From assembly GCA_032718475.1 (NCBI GenBank), contig JAUCBJ010001846.1, forward strand, positions 248,001 to 312,000: DNA of 64,000 nucleotides, written 5' to 3'. Both the position numbers and the translations under genes were made by a program. The notes below the pieces were generated by a model, which saw only the letters and a list, made by a program, of their open reading frames with translations, searched no databases and was not told the DNA's origin. Positions 40,101 through 49,322 of this stretch are shown one piece after another. Positions within the stretch are counted from its first letter, which is position 1, and every line of letters starts with the position of its first letter. Source of the stretch: Nemertoderma westbladi (Eukaryota > Animalia > Xenacoelomorpha).

Positions 40101-43100
40101 GAACTTGATCAAGTGGCGAGCCGACAAATCCATCTTATCAACGCCGATGCCACTTCATTGTTTAGTGTGGTGTCCGATATGTATCGATCAACTGAAATCT
40201 TTTTAACGTTTGACAGTTCAAATTGGAATGTATCCCAAACCTTTGGTATTGATGTAGGGACCAATACATACTTTTTGGACAATGCCAGTGTTGTGTTAGA
40301 GCTCACAACCACGTACGATACCCTAGTTGAGGTAACCACTGTTTGGGATCACGTGTCGACCACTTTCAATGTGTTAGATGCCACCACCCAATCACTTGTC
40401 ATTGCATTGACCTCTTCATCGTTACTGATTAATGAGGGCCATGTAGAGGAAGTAACACTGCGTTTAAAAACCTTCCCCTTTACCCAATCAGGTGTGACGT
40501 TATTATTTAATGCTTTAGATCAATATTTATTACCCAATAATGCCACCCAAACCAGTCACTATTTTTCAAGCACCAATTGGGAGGTGCCCCAAGTCATTAC
40601 CCTTACGCGCGCTACCGATAGTTTCCTATATTTGCAAAATACCACAGAACGCATTCAAATAAGCAATGAATTTTTGTTCGCTACACCTGTTTACTTAGCC
40701 CATGTTACCCCTATTTTAGAATCAACCCTATCATTTGGTTTTGCAGCGTCTTACGCCCAAGGCAGCACTGCTTCCTCTACCTTAAACTTTTTATACTCGC
40801 CCTATCAGCCCACTACTTTTCAACTACACTTTAGTCAACCCAGCCTTTATACAGGTGTTTCACCATTGTTTGCGTTTACAGGGGGTGCAAGCACTGTGGT
40901 GTTTGATTCCAGTAATTGGAGCCAAGCACAGATTAATTTAATCACTTCTAACAATAGCTTTTGGGGTGAATTTACCACCGTGCTAACAGTGACCGAAGCC
41001 TTGGGTCATTATTTGCCCGCGAGTCAGTCTATGGTGATCAAGCATGATCCATTACTCACTATCACCGATCGTGCCAGTGGCTTGGTTGTAGTTACCCAGC
41101 CGTATTCTTTGAGCGAAGGGGCTTTAAATAATGTTTATATTGTTCATTTATCGGCCACGCCGTTATCCCCTGTAACCGCCTCAATTGGGTATCAATTTTC
41201 TGACTCAACCCGTGCCATAACAGCCGTTTGGGCTAGTAATGATGCCACCTCTTTGGTTGCACCTACCGGTACCACTGCATATGTTTTTAAATTAGATATT
41301 GGCGATGATGATTTTTATCAAGCCGACACACCGTTAACACTTGTGTTTCATTTCAGCCCTGATGAGTCTCGTTCAGCCACACATTTGATTAAATATCATA
41401 TTCTAAATAATGATTCAATCACCGCTACTTGGCTTTTATCGAATGATACAGTGACCGAAAGCTTCAATCTTACACAATCAAGTGAACCCATATCTACCCA
41501 ACCTGAATGGGTGAGTTTGTCTATTAAATTAAATCGATCTGTGGCTGATCCTTTCGTTTTAAGTGATTTCAATGATGCTCGTGGTAGGTTTGAATTTTCT
41601 GGCAACCCTGTGCTGGCCTTTGATAGTAGTAATTGGAATGTGCCTCAAATTGTGACATTCTCTTTAAGTCGGCATAGCTACATCAGCTATCAGAACCACA
41701 TTGGTTTTGGATTGCCTGCTGGTTTGAATGTAAATAATTTTTTGAATATCCCACCAACAGCCAGTTCAGGCATCCCTATTAGTGTTTTGGCTGAAAAAGC
41801 GGCGCTTCAATTTATTCATGGTAGTAGTATCACGATTGATTTATATGAGGGTGAGCTATTCTCAGATGCGCTTGATATTCCAATGCTTTTAACGTCCACA
41901 CAGTTTTTATCAGTCAATATTAGTAGCCCACTGTACCGGTTGGTAACGATAACGCTTGATCCTTTTGTCGCCACCAATGTGACACACATGAATAAAGAAA
42001 CATCTGCTAGTTTTTATTCGCAGACCTCTTCTGCTTCCCTACAGCTCAATATTCAAGCCATTGATAACAACTACCCTGCTTTCCCGGACTTAACCGCGGG
42101 CAGTATTATGTTTAATGCGCACGGTTCAACGATGTTGTTTTATGTGAACCATTATAATGATGATTCGTATTACACTGATCACCAATTCGGTGCTAATACA
42201 ATATTTAAGAGTGTAGCCAGTGGTACAACTATTCAAGTTCGCCTGCGTTCAGCCCCTTATGGTAGCGAGAATATTAACCTTAACATCAAGGCTGATCCAC
42301 TCAGCCATGTAACATTTGCACCAAACGCTGTGATTTTCACAAAAGATAATTGGAACATTTATCAAACGGTTCAATTATTGCCTGTTTATGATCCCTCGAT
42401 CACCTCGGACGCATCGTTGACAGTTTCATTTATATTGGATAAATCAAATTTATCCGAAGATAATCCATGGTATTTTGTACCCCTAACCGTTGGCACGCAG
42501 TTGATTCAGTTTGTAAACACGGAGTATTTAGAAATTGATGTTTCTAAATCTCATAACACAATTATAGAAGGTCAAAGCGCCACACTTTACATTAATGCAA
42601 CCAACTTTGTCAGCAATATTAGCGATGCCGTAACGCTTTCAATTAATGTCATCTTACCTGGTTTTTTAAACACAATTGAGCCTGCTACTCAGTTAATTTT
42701 AAGTCAAACAACCCCCAATGTTTCCATCACTTTCATAGCGAAGCGCAATATTATCAATAGCGGTACTAGGGATGCAGTTTTTGAATTCACATTGGCTGAT
42801 CAGCCTAGCAATGTGATCACCACAGTGATAACGGTTGGGGAATATAACACCAATAAAGTCAGTGCTTGTGGGTTTGAAAATACCAATCAAGTTAAATTTA
42901 ACAGTGCCCAGCTAAGCCAAGCCTATGTTGAGCGTTTATACACCCTGATGTGTGGCAAAGATTTAAACCTGTTCTATGATAATGTAGGTAGCGATTTTAT
43001 TAGCCCAAGATTTATGGTGCCCAGCTATCCCGGCACTTCATTAGTACCGCTTTATGCAGGTTATACCGCTGCGACTGAATCAAGACATGCCATCTTTTTT

Positions 43101-44891
43101 GATGAAAACAGTGATGGTTTGCCTGATTTTGCAATGGATAATGTTACCGGGGAAATTTATAAATCAAATATTGATTTCCATACCATTGATGTAACAGCAG
43201 CCGCTTCTCAAGTGGTACCAAGCAACACCATTGGTATTGTTGGCAAAACCGAAGCTCAAATAATTTATTCAGTTAAACCAGGGCTTACATTTTATGTTCG
43301 CGATCCCACACCGACGAACTTCAGCCTATATGTGGCTGAAAATCAAGGGCAAGATGCAACCAAATTGTTGACTGAAAATATAACAACTAATGCCCAATGT
43401 GATGCTGTTAAATGCTTAAGAACGATTCGTTCAGCTGATTATCAAGTGCCCTTAAGATTTAATGCAACTCAATCAATTTTTGTGGCAGGCTCCTTGGGGC
43501 AAAGTATGCATTTGTTTGTTCAATCACCCCTTTCAATTGAGAAACTGTATTTCGATAAATATACCGTTCGGATTGGTGATATTGTTAAAGGTTACATGCT
43601 GTTTAAATCCACCACAGCCATTAATGATGTGAAGTTACGCGCCCTTAATCATACCGGCCTTCGCATGTTAGGCAATGCAAGGTTTTATGAAAAAGATAAC
43701 CAAGCCGCCACCCTACGTGAGGCTGTGTTAGAAAATGGTGCTAGTGGTGAGCACTTCTTTAATATCGGTAATATTAGTGCAGCGCAGGCTAGTAAAACAC
43801 TTGTACTAGAGTATCGACTCAGTTTTGGGTTAGCTGCCAAACTTGAAAACAAACCCATGCCTCATTCTGTTGGTTTACAATCCAGCGGGGCAGATGCCAC
43901 CAATTATATCAGCACTGAATTTAAATTACGGTTTGATCCATTGTTTGATACCGCCTTGTTATTCGGCAAGGTGTTTGTTGACAACAATGACAATGGTATT
44001 CAAGATGGTGCCGATGAGATTGGTATTGCAAATGTTGAGATCATTACTGAACAAGGTCAGTCCATTAAAACCGATAGTTATGGTCGTTATAACGTTCCAA
44101 ACCTGCAGCCGGGTCGACACCATATTCGTTTAAATAAACATACATTGGGTAAGCAATATATCATTGGCAAAACAAGCAAATTGGTGAATGTAGTTAGTGT
44201 CCCTGTTAAAGCCAATTTTGCGGTTCAAGAACAAAAAGCGCCTGATGAGAAGTCTTTAACAGACCCGTATTACCAAGGTGATGGCTATACAATTTATAAG
44301 CAAAACAGGCAGCAACCCTTTATACAGTTAATGTTGGATAATAATCAGCCTAAAACAAGCATATTTAGGCTGTTAGAACCGATGCGCTTTAGGGTTCATA
44401 CCAACTATATTTACTACATTAAGCATTGGAAGATTGATATATTTAATCAAGATGATGAGGTAATTCACACATTATCTGGTAATAATCAAGTATTGGGTGA
44501 TGTAATTCAGTGGAATGGTGAGAGTGCCCGTGGAATACCTTACATATTTGAGGAGAGTCAAAACCTCTACTACCAGCTTAGCATCGAAGACAAATTGGGT
44601 CATCGTATCAAAACTGACAAGTATTTATTCATACCAATCGCGCAGGATATTTACGTTGATAAGCAAGCTAAAAGCATGAAGCACCCAGCCTTTTATCCAA
44701 TTGATACATCAAAACTGCCGGCCATTAAAGATGCCTATACATTGGTTATTCAAGGAGAAAATCTGAAAAAAGTGGCTATTGATAATATAGAGATTAGCGG
44801 TGTTAAACAGTTAATAGATGATCGTTCTAGTAAAGGTATTGAATTTATTGTGCCAAAAACACTTGAATTAATTAAGGTGTTATCAGAGTAA
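37116..44891 (+). CDS. Giant exported repeat protein 2 (~2590 aa), paralog of protein 1
   Basis: Sec signal ending PSHA; FDSSNW repeats; GKVFVDNNDNGIQDG..TDSYGRYN; WNGESARG. Confidence 0.8.
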   Translation: MGFQGLGFLVRIPALYVFLWLGIFFGAPSHAATYLTITGESTPGASRTFHLGEGEKLFLQTIDDPSGRYEVFENVGFDDIVFDGTLLPAKGHIDARRAGFFNPLSKVGTLNSCQLTNIFGCVRTEGEQMHPSGLQTLGYLENSSQVLAFQLLHSPDLIANQAIQEVIFVFQTNYPHIRSDVTGVLNLSMINTYTDLGISFEPGRFYNNYQNLNVTIPIQRTEVISIQYFSSDTQPLSQVKLFSFDASQSILIIDSGVENYSQPATLSFPNTKPYEVVYLNATTTAPTTQTLNFVLSENSPQDTATALLHLPPFEYYDLPHVTVTVHSANPDVSLVFANNRATQIFIPTQDTTHLIVDVSLFSTLTQAGVFNYQRTDNVSFSFNITEVFSFLPSGQKQFINLSEKSYPVNLVVDKDTYPNFTYRTLERGSQTMGSITHTFFEDDQITFTLGLMDHITSTITNTDPFLAHFAPNINPLTVRLLLNFPTDTTPASHQIVINNQQTITINPNTSASVVFNYALTPDAPSALISLVINRNNLVDIEPYQFNIAPLFEVGTPNMLFKVLGEEMAASQSYQIFNANPYAVSLQFDAPYIRDNQTTTFNYLTVEGKLAASVTYAWETIFTHVDGQTRLIDATYVFPDGVFLTNQGAMTRVMSPNTFNNPQNVSVVFNNETIRGWGSVTLKLTPEITTPRLPTQSFDVFLMHDISGIQFASPLIELFDSTQALSAQLNITETIGATMVLDIVLTPPLPSFMNLSIGGTNTLSASVVLTPYSSTVNFIALSVLDDFRQFGTQTYLLGATLSYLTNTLWPTPLLNVPFYATDSATVLIKDETRSVSMSFYQQVPSVTISPFVKLDEGSTLVGLFTLAAEPITATIFDISFQEYLNPNFGTELISFSSTQLIFHSANWSTGVSVVMTAIENNTLTFEAGFDVTITTSHPSARYFPATFNFNVTDNDSIQPVFFLPDVTEGISASGSLGIALNRSIITPLTATLFLALELDQVASRQIHLINADATSLFSVVSDMYRSTEIFLTFDSSNWNVSQTFGIDVGTNTYFLDNASVVLELTTTYDTLVEVTTVWDHVSTTFNVLDATTQSLVIALTSSSLLINEGHVEEVTLRLKTFPFTQSGVTLLFNALDQYLLPNNATQTSHYFSSTNWEVPQVITLTRATDSFLYLQNTTERIQISNEFLFATPVYLAHVTPILESTLSFGFAASYAQGSTASSTLNFLYSPYQPTTFQLHFSQPSLYTGVSPLFAFTGGASTVVFDSSNWSQAQINLITSNNSFWGEFTTVLTVTEALGHYLPASQSMVIKHDPLLTITDRASGLVVVTQPYSLSEGALNNVYIVHLSATPLSPVTASIGYQFSDSTRAITAVWASNDATSLVAPTGTTAYVFKLDIGDDDFYQADTPLTLVFHFSPDESRSATHLIKYHILNNDSITATWLLSNDTVTESFNLTQSSEPISTQPEWVSLSIKLNRSVADPFVLSDFNDARGRFEFSGNPVLAFDSSNWNVPQIVTFSLSRHSYISYQNHIGFGLPAGLNVNNFLNIPPTASSGIPISVLAEKAALQFIHGSSITIDLYEGELFSDALDIPMLLTSTQFLSVNISSPLYRLVTITLDPFVATNVTHMNKETSASFYSQTSSASLQLNIQAIDNNYPAFPDLTAGSIMFNAHGSTMLFYVNHYNDDSYYTDHQFGANTIFKSVASGTTIQVRLRSAPYGSENINLNIKADPLSHVTFAPNAVIFTKDNWNIYQTVQLLPVYDPSITSDASLTVSFILDKSNLSEDNPWYFVPLTVGTQLIQFVNTEYLEIDVSKSHNTIIEGQSATLYINATNFVSNISDAVTLSINVILPGFLNTIEPATQLILSQTTPNVSITFIAKRNIINSGTRDAVFEFTLADQPSNVITTVITVGEYNTNKVSACGFENTNQVKFNSAQLSQAYVERLYTLMCGKDLNLFYDNVGSDFISPRFMVPSYPGTSLVPLYAGYTAATESRHAIFFDENSDGLPDFAMDNVTGEIYKSNIDFHTIDVTAAASQVVPSNTIGIVGKTEAQIIYSVKPGLTFYVRDPTPTNFSLYVAENQGQDATKLLTENITTNAQCDAVKCLRTIRSADYQVPLRFNATQSIFVAGSLGQSMHLFVQSPLSIEKLYFDKYTVRIGDIVKGYMLFKSTTAINDVKLRALNHTGLRMLGNARFYEKDNQAATLREAVLENGASGEHFFNIGNISAAQASKTLVLEYRLSFGLAAKLENKPMPHSVGLQSSGADATNYISTEFKLRFDPLFDTALLFGKVFVDNNDNGIQDGADEIGIANVEIITEQGQSIKTDSYGRYNVPNLQPGRHHIRLNKHTLGKQYIIGKTSKLVNVVSVPVKANFAVQEQKAPDEKSLTDPYYQGDGYTIYKQNRQQPFIQLMLDNNQPKTSIFRLLEPMRFRVHTNYIYYIKHWKIDIFNQDDEVIHTLSGNNQVLGDVIQWNGESARGIPYIFEESQNLYYQLSIEDKLGHRIKTDKYLFIPIAQDIYVDKQAKSMKHPAFYPIDTSKLPAIKDAYTLVIQGENLKKVAIDNIEISGVKQLIDDRSSKGIEFIVPKTLELIKVLSE

Positions 44892-44991
44892 TTCAAATAA
44901 GTACATCTAAATATTTTATTAAAACCATGAATCACTTATAATAAGTATAATGCTGTATTTTTATATGACAGACAGTAAACTTAGGGAAGCC

Positions 44992-47900
44992 ATGAAAAAG
45001 TTCGCGTTTTTGGTACTTGTTTGCTTTCTTTTTAGCCCTGTTATGGTCTTATCTGCTGAGGACAAGATAGTTGTTATAACGCCTAATGCAGAACAAAACA
45101 AAGGCAGTGCTTGGGAAACAGTTGATTTAACCACATCAGCGCCCGATATAAAAGATCAATCCACTGATGATAGCGACTTTATCATCGTTGGTCTTGTTGA
45201 AGGCGAGATAGGCTATAATCGTATTTGGAATCAAGTGCAAGATTCTACACAAAGTGGTGTATGGACAGATGGAAAGCTGGTGCTTTATGCCAAGGGTAAA
45301 ATATTAGGCAAGTATTTAATTGAATTAAGCTATGACAGTAATCGAGAATATAGCCAATTATTTCAAGATATTAGCCCTGAAGAGTATTATCCAGTTTTAG
45401 GGGACGGGTCAACCCTTAAGAACAATGTTAAGACTAATAATAAATTGTACGTTGCTGTTCGTTCTGATGAAATTGATTTTGTTTACGGCAAATATAAAGT
45501 TGAATTAAAAAAAACTCGTTATATCAATTTTGATTCTGAATTATCTGGCTTTCGTATTGCTTATCACGACGAAAACTTTAATCAGGAAGAAACAGGTATT
45601 TCAGCCGTGCGGGCAGAATATTTTCAAGCAGATTCCACTCAAACATTTTCTGAAGACTATTTACTAAGTACAGGGGGTTATTTGTATTTTTTGAGCAAGA
45701 AGAATATTCGCCCCAATAGTGTAAATGTCTATATTGAGGTTAGAAATACCCAAACAGGCGGGCTTTCTTCCCGTTATGCCTTAAATAAAGAGGACTATCA
45801 AATTGATCATGCAGATGGACGTATAGCCTTAAACGTTCCAATCGCTAGCATACTGTATAACCGTCATGGCTATAATACGCTGGATAATTTTTCTGACACC
45901 GTTTATTTATGGGCAACTTATGAATCCTATGAAAACACAGCCTCTGCCCAGTCTCAATTTTCAGGGGGTAGAGGTGAACTTGTTTTATCAGATGATATTC
46001 AGTTAGGCGGAACCTATGTTGAAAAAACGCTAAATGGTCAAGATACCCATATGATGGGTATTGATGGCAGAATTAAAACAGACAACACTGATGTTTATGT
46101 AGAGTATGCCAATAGCAATTTTTCAAATTCTGTTAATCTTTCGTCAGATGGTGGCCTGTCTTATAAAAATACTAATCTGAATTCAACCAATCAGGAAAAA
46201 ACTGCGATTTATCTTAAAGGAAAGGGTAGTTATTTAGATAACCGATTAAATATTGATGTTTTAGCCGCTAATGAAAGTTTTGGCTTTACCACATTTAATG
46301 GCGCTAACATTCAATCAGAAGGAAAAATAGTCGTTGATGGTGATCTCTCTTATAGAGGGGATGATTTTTTAGCCGGGTATAGCGTTCAAAGTCAACATGC
46401 TTTCGAAGGGGCTACCCAATCTATTATTGATAAGATTGGTGGTTATTCCAAAAGAGTTCACCGTTTTTATGGAGGAGCTAACGTTGTTGAAGGGGTAGAC
46501 CTTGAATTTTTATATGATTTTGAGGAGGTAGCCGCCTCTACCACCTATATTCATACATTAGCGACTCAACGCTTCACCGGCGGCACAAAAATTGCATTGA
46601 ATGATTACGCAAATTTATCTTTAGCCGTTCAAACTACCACGCCTGACGCAAGAACAACGACTAACACGGTTGATCCAACCACCTCATTGGTGATTTCAGG
46701 TAAATTAGAAGCTTTGTTGGATGAGAATTTAGCTGCTGATTTTTCTGCAAGTTATGATAAAGATAAAGCAACGACCACGTACACTGGTGGTTTGACTTAT
46801 TATCATGAGGATATTGAGGTTCGTTTATCCGCTGAAAAATCAGCCGGCAATTCTGTCAAACAATCTGTTGGCCTAAAATACCAACTAGATCCACACCTTA
46901 ACATTCATGCCGATAAGCAATTGGGTGAATCAGGGGGTTATTCCAGTGGGGTTTCCTATCGCCCTAATCAGCGTTTTGAAGTTGGTTTAGATGTTGATCA
47001 ATCAGAAAATAACCAAAGGCAGGTTAGTGTTAATACCAATTATAAAAATGATGAACTAACCCTAAAAGGCAATATAACAAGTGCTACCAATACAGTTGTT
47101 GGTGGAGATGTTGTTTATGAGGCGGATGATATTATGATCATTAAAGGAGGTATTAGGGCTGACAGTCACTTAAACAATCAGCGTTATTTAGGTGTAACTG
47201 CACAAGATGAAGATTTAGCCCTAAGCGCTAACACCAAGTTTGATCAAAGTGGTACCAACAATTCTCAAATCAGTGCTAATTATCGAAAAAATGATCAACA
47301 AAGCTATGGGGTTTCTTATAATCAGGAAAGCCAAACAAGCGGTACTAAAACAGATACCACTGTCTTGACGAATCGTTATCATTTAAATAATGGTGTCTCC
47401 TTGGAAAACAGTTTAATACACAAAGATTATGGCAATAATAAAACTCGAAAACAGCAAGCCTATCAGTTGTCACAATTATTTCCTTCTGGTAGTTCTTATG
47501 GCTTTACTGTCAGTAGTTATGAAGAATTTATTGAGCAGCAAAAAAATGGTCAAGGCTGGTCTACTCAGTTTTTAGCCAATCGACATAATGGTCAATCATT
47601 TAGTGCCAACGTTGAGTCAGGCAGCTTGGTTAACCTTGATAATCAAGTGGTTAAAAGGTTTTTGGTAAAGTTTAATTATGCCCATACGACTGACAAAGAT
47701 TTACCGGCTGAGTTTTCTAAATTCTCACATTACCTTAAGTGGAATTATCGAACCGATCAAACAGGTGCTTCACAAACCATTCAGCATGCACTTAAGGCAG
47801 GTTTAAATCATAATGTTTCTCGTGATTTGGTTGTTCACATTGGCGTAGATTATTCAAAAAATGACAATCAATCCACAACATTAGAAAACTATAGAAAATA

Positions 47901-48408
47901 TACCATTGGTGCAGCGTATCGGCCTGTTGATAATGACGAAGTCAATTTGGTGGGTTTGTTTCGATGGATACAGCAAAACAAACCTCGTCAAACAAACGAG
48001 GTATTTGATCACTACTATGAAGGATATGTTATTGCTTTAGAAGCGGCATGGCAGATTAGTCAAAATGCAGAGTTATACGAGAAAATTGCCTATCGTTATC
48101 ACAAAGAAAAAGCCTTCAATGATTCAACCTTCAATGCTGAGAATAACTACTGGCTTTGGGGTAACCGTGTGAAATTTCAAATTCAACAAGACATTGATTT
48201 GTCTTTAGAATACACGCTTAGAAAACAATCAGCCGTTAATGAGTCTGACCATGGATTAGGTTTTTATTTTGATAAAAGGCTTGAACAGATAGTGCTGTCT
48301 GCTGGATATAAATATAATCAATTTGATACCAACCTGACGAATTTATCCGAAAAAACAAGCGGGCCTTATTTTCGAATTTCAGGTCTTTTAAGTGAATCAG
48401 GCTGGTAA
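44992..48408 (+). CDS. Large predicted outer-membrane beta-barrel protein (DUF11-protein-associated)
   Basis: Signal MKKFAFLVLVCFLFSPVMVLSA; DGKLVLYAKGKILGKY, YYPVLGDGS; long run of alternating amphipathic strands; aromatic C-terminus. Confidence 0.75.
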   Translation: MKKFAFLVLVCFLFSPVMVLSAEDKIVVITPNAEQNKGSAWETVDLTTSAPDIKDQSTDDSDFIIVGLVEGEIGYNRIWNQVQDSTQSGVWTDGKLVLYAKGKILGKYLIELSYDSNREYSQLFQDISPEEYYPVLGDGSTLKNNVKTNNKLYVAVRSDEIDFVYGKYKVELKKTRYINFDSELSGFRIAYHDENFNQEETGISAVRAEYFQADSTQTFSEDYLLSTGGYLYFLSKKNIRPNSVNVYIEVRNTQTGGLSSRYALNKEDYQIDHADGRIALNVPIASILYNRHGYNTLDNFSDTVYLWATYESYENTASAQSQFSGGRGELVLSDDIQLGGTYVEKTLNGQDTHMMGIDGRIKTDNTDVYVEYANSNFSNSVNLSSDGGLSYKNTNLNSTNQEKTAIYLKGKGSYLDNRLNIDVLAANESFGFTTFNGANIQSEGKIVVDGDLSYRGDDFLAGYSVQSQHAFEGATQSIIDKIGGYSKRVHRFYGGANVVEGVDLEFLYDFEEVAASTTYIHTLATQRFTGGTKIALNDYANLSLAVQTTTPDARTTTNTVDPTTSLVISGKLEALLDENLAADFSASYDKDKATTTYTGGLTYYHEDIEVRLSAEKSAGNSVKQSVGLKYQLDPHLNIHADKQLGESGGYSSGVSYRPNQRFEVGLDVDQSENNQRQVSVNTNYKNDELTLKGNITSATNTVVGGDVVYEADDIMIIKGGIRADSHLNNQRYLGVTAQDEDLALSANTKFDQSGTNNSQISANYRKNDQQSYGVSYNQESQTSGTKTDTTVLTNRYHLNNGVSLENSLIHKDYGNNKTRKQQAYQLSQLFPSGSSYGFTVSSYEEFIEQQKNGQGWSTQFLANRHNGQSFSANVESGSLVNLDNQVVKRFLVKFNYAHTTDKDLPAEFSKFSHYLKWNYRTDQTGASQTIQHALKAGLNHNVSRDLVVHIGVDYSKNDNQSTTLENYRKYTIGAAYRPVDNDEVNLVGLFRWIQQNKPRQTNEVFDHYYEGYVIALEAAWQISQNAELYEKIAYRYHKEKAFNDSTFNAENNYWLWGNRVKFQIQQDIDLSLEYTLRKQSAVNESDHGLGFYFDKRLEQIVLSAGYKYNQFDTNLTNLSEKTSGPYFRISGLLSESGW

Positions 48409-48422
48409 ATATTAATAACAGC

Positions 48423-49322
48423 TTATTTTAGTAAGAATTTCATCACCGCTTTTTGAGCATGCAACCTATTTCCAACGGCTTGCCAAACAGCGCTTTGTGT
48501 TCCATTTAAAACAGTGCTTGAAACCTCCTGATCTCTATAAGCAGGTAGGCAGTGCATAAATAATGCATCTTTGCTTGCAACTTGCATTAATGAATCATTG
48601 ACTTGGTAGTCAGAAAAATAATCTTCTTGATTGTTGGGTTTAGGCGTTGAGTCATCCGACATACTGCTCCAAGCATCAGTCACAACCAAATCTGCTTGAT
48701 GACAAACACTTTTTGGGTCATGTTTGATATGAACGTCTTTAGGCAACTTTACATCAGCTATGCAATGAGGGGGGATAGCAGCTTGTAAATTAAAATTAAA
48801 CATCCTTGCAGCTTCCACATAGGTTAAATACATATTATTAAAATCACCCACCCAGGCTACTTTTTTACCTTCAATAGGTCCCTTAAGTTCATAAAATGTT
48901 TGCATATCAGCTAAGAGTTGACACGGGTGTGATTGGTCACTAAGTGCATTAATAATGGATATACTGGCGTGATTTGCTAACGATTCAATATACATGTGAT
49001 TAGGATGTCGAATAATAACTAAATCCAGCATACTAGACAGTACGCGTGCGGTATCTTCGGGGCTTTCTCCACGGCTAATTTGTGATTCTTTCTCTGTTAA
49101 AAATACACAATGCCCCCCTAGTTGATGAATGCCAACTTCAAATGATAGTCGTGTACGGGTTGAGGGCTGGCTAAATATCATACCCACTGACTTGCCTTGA
49201 AGCGGCAAGCTGCTTTTTAAACGTTGGTCATCATTTTTTTTTAACTCAATCGCTTCATGAATTAATTGGATTAACTCTGTTTTTTTTAAATCATTAAGTT
49301 GCAAAAAATGCTTACACATCAT
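48423..49322 (-). CDS. argF: Ornithine carbamoyltransferase
   Basis: PSTRTRLSFE, HPCQLLAD, FMHCLPA, NRLHAQKA. Confidence 0.96.
   Translation of the reverse strand: MMCKHFLQLNDLKKTELIQLIHEAIELKKNDDQRLKSSLPLQGKSVGMIFSQPSTRTRLSFEVGIHQLGGHCVFLTEKESQISRGESPEDTARVLSSMLDLVIIRHPNHMYIESLANHASISIINALSDQSHPCQLLADMQTFYELKGPIEGKKVAWVGDFNNMYLTYVEAARMFNFNLQAAIPPHCIADVKLPKDVHIKHDPKSVCHQADLVVTDAWSSMSDDSTPKPNNQEDYFSDYQVNDSLMQVASKDALFMHCLPAYRDQEVSSTVLNGTQSAVWQAVGNRLHAQKAVMKFLLK

Noticed and set aside
29228-44891. Many N-x-S/T sequons suggesting N-glycosylation
   Set aside because: Roughly what is expected from the high N, S and T content; no enrichment can be claimed without computation
29228-44891. RTX/T1SS adhesin, TpsA or classical autotransporter assignment
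   Set aside because: No GGxGxD repeats, TPS domain or C-terminal barrel; both proteins have N-terminal signal peptides
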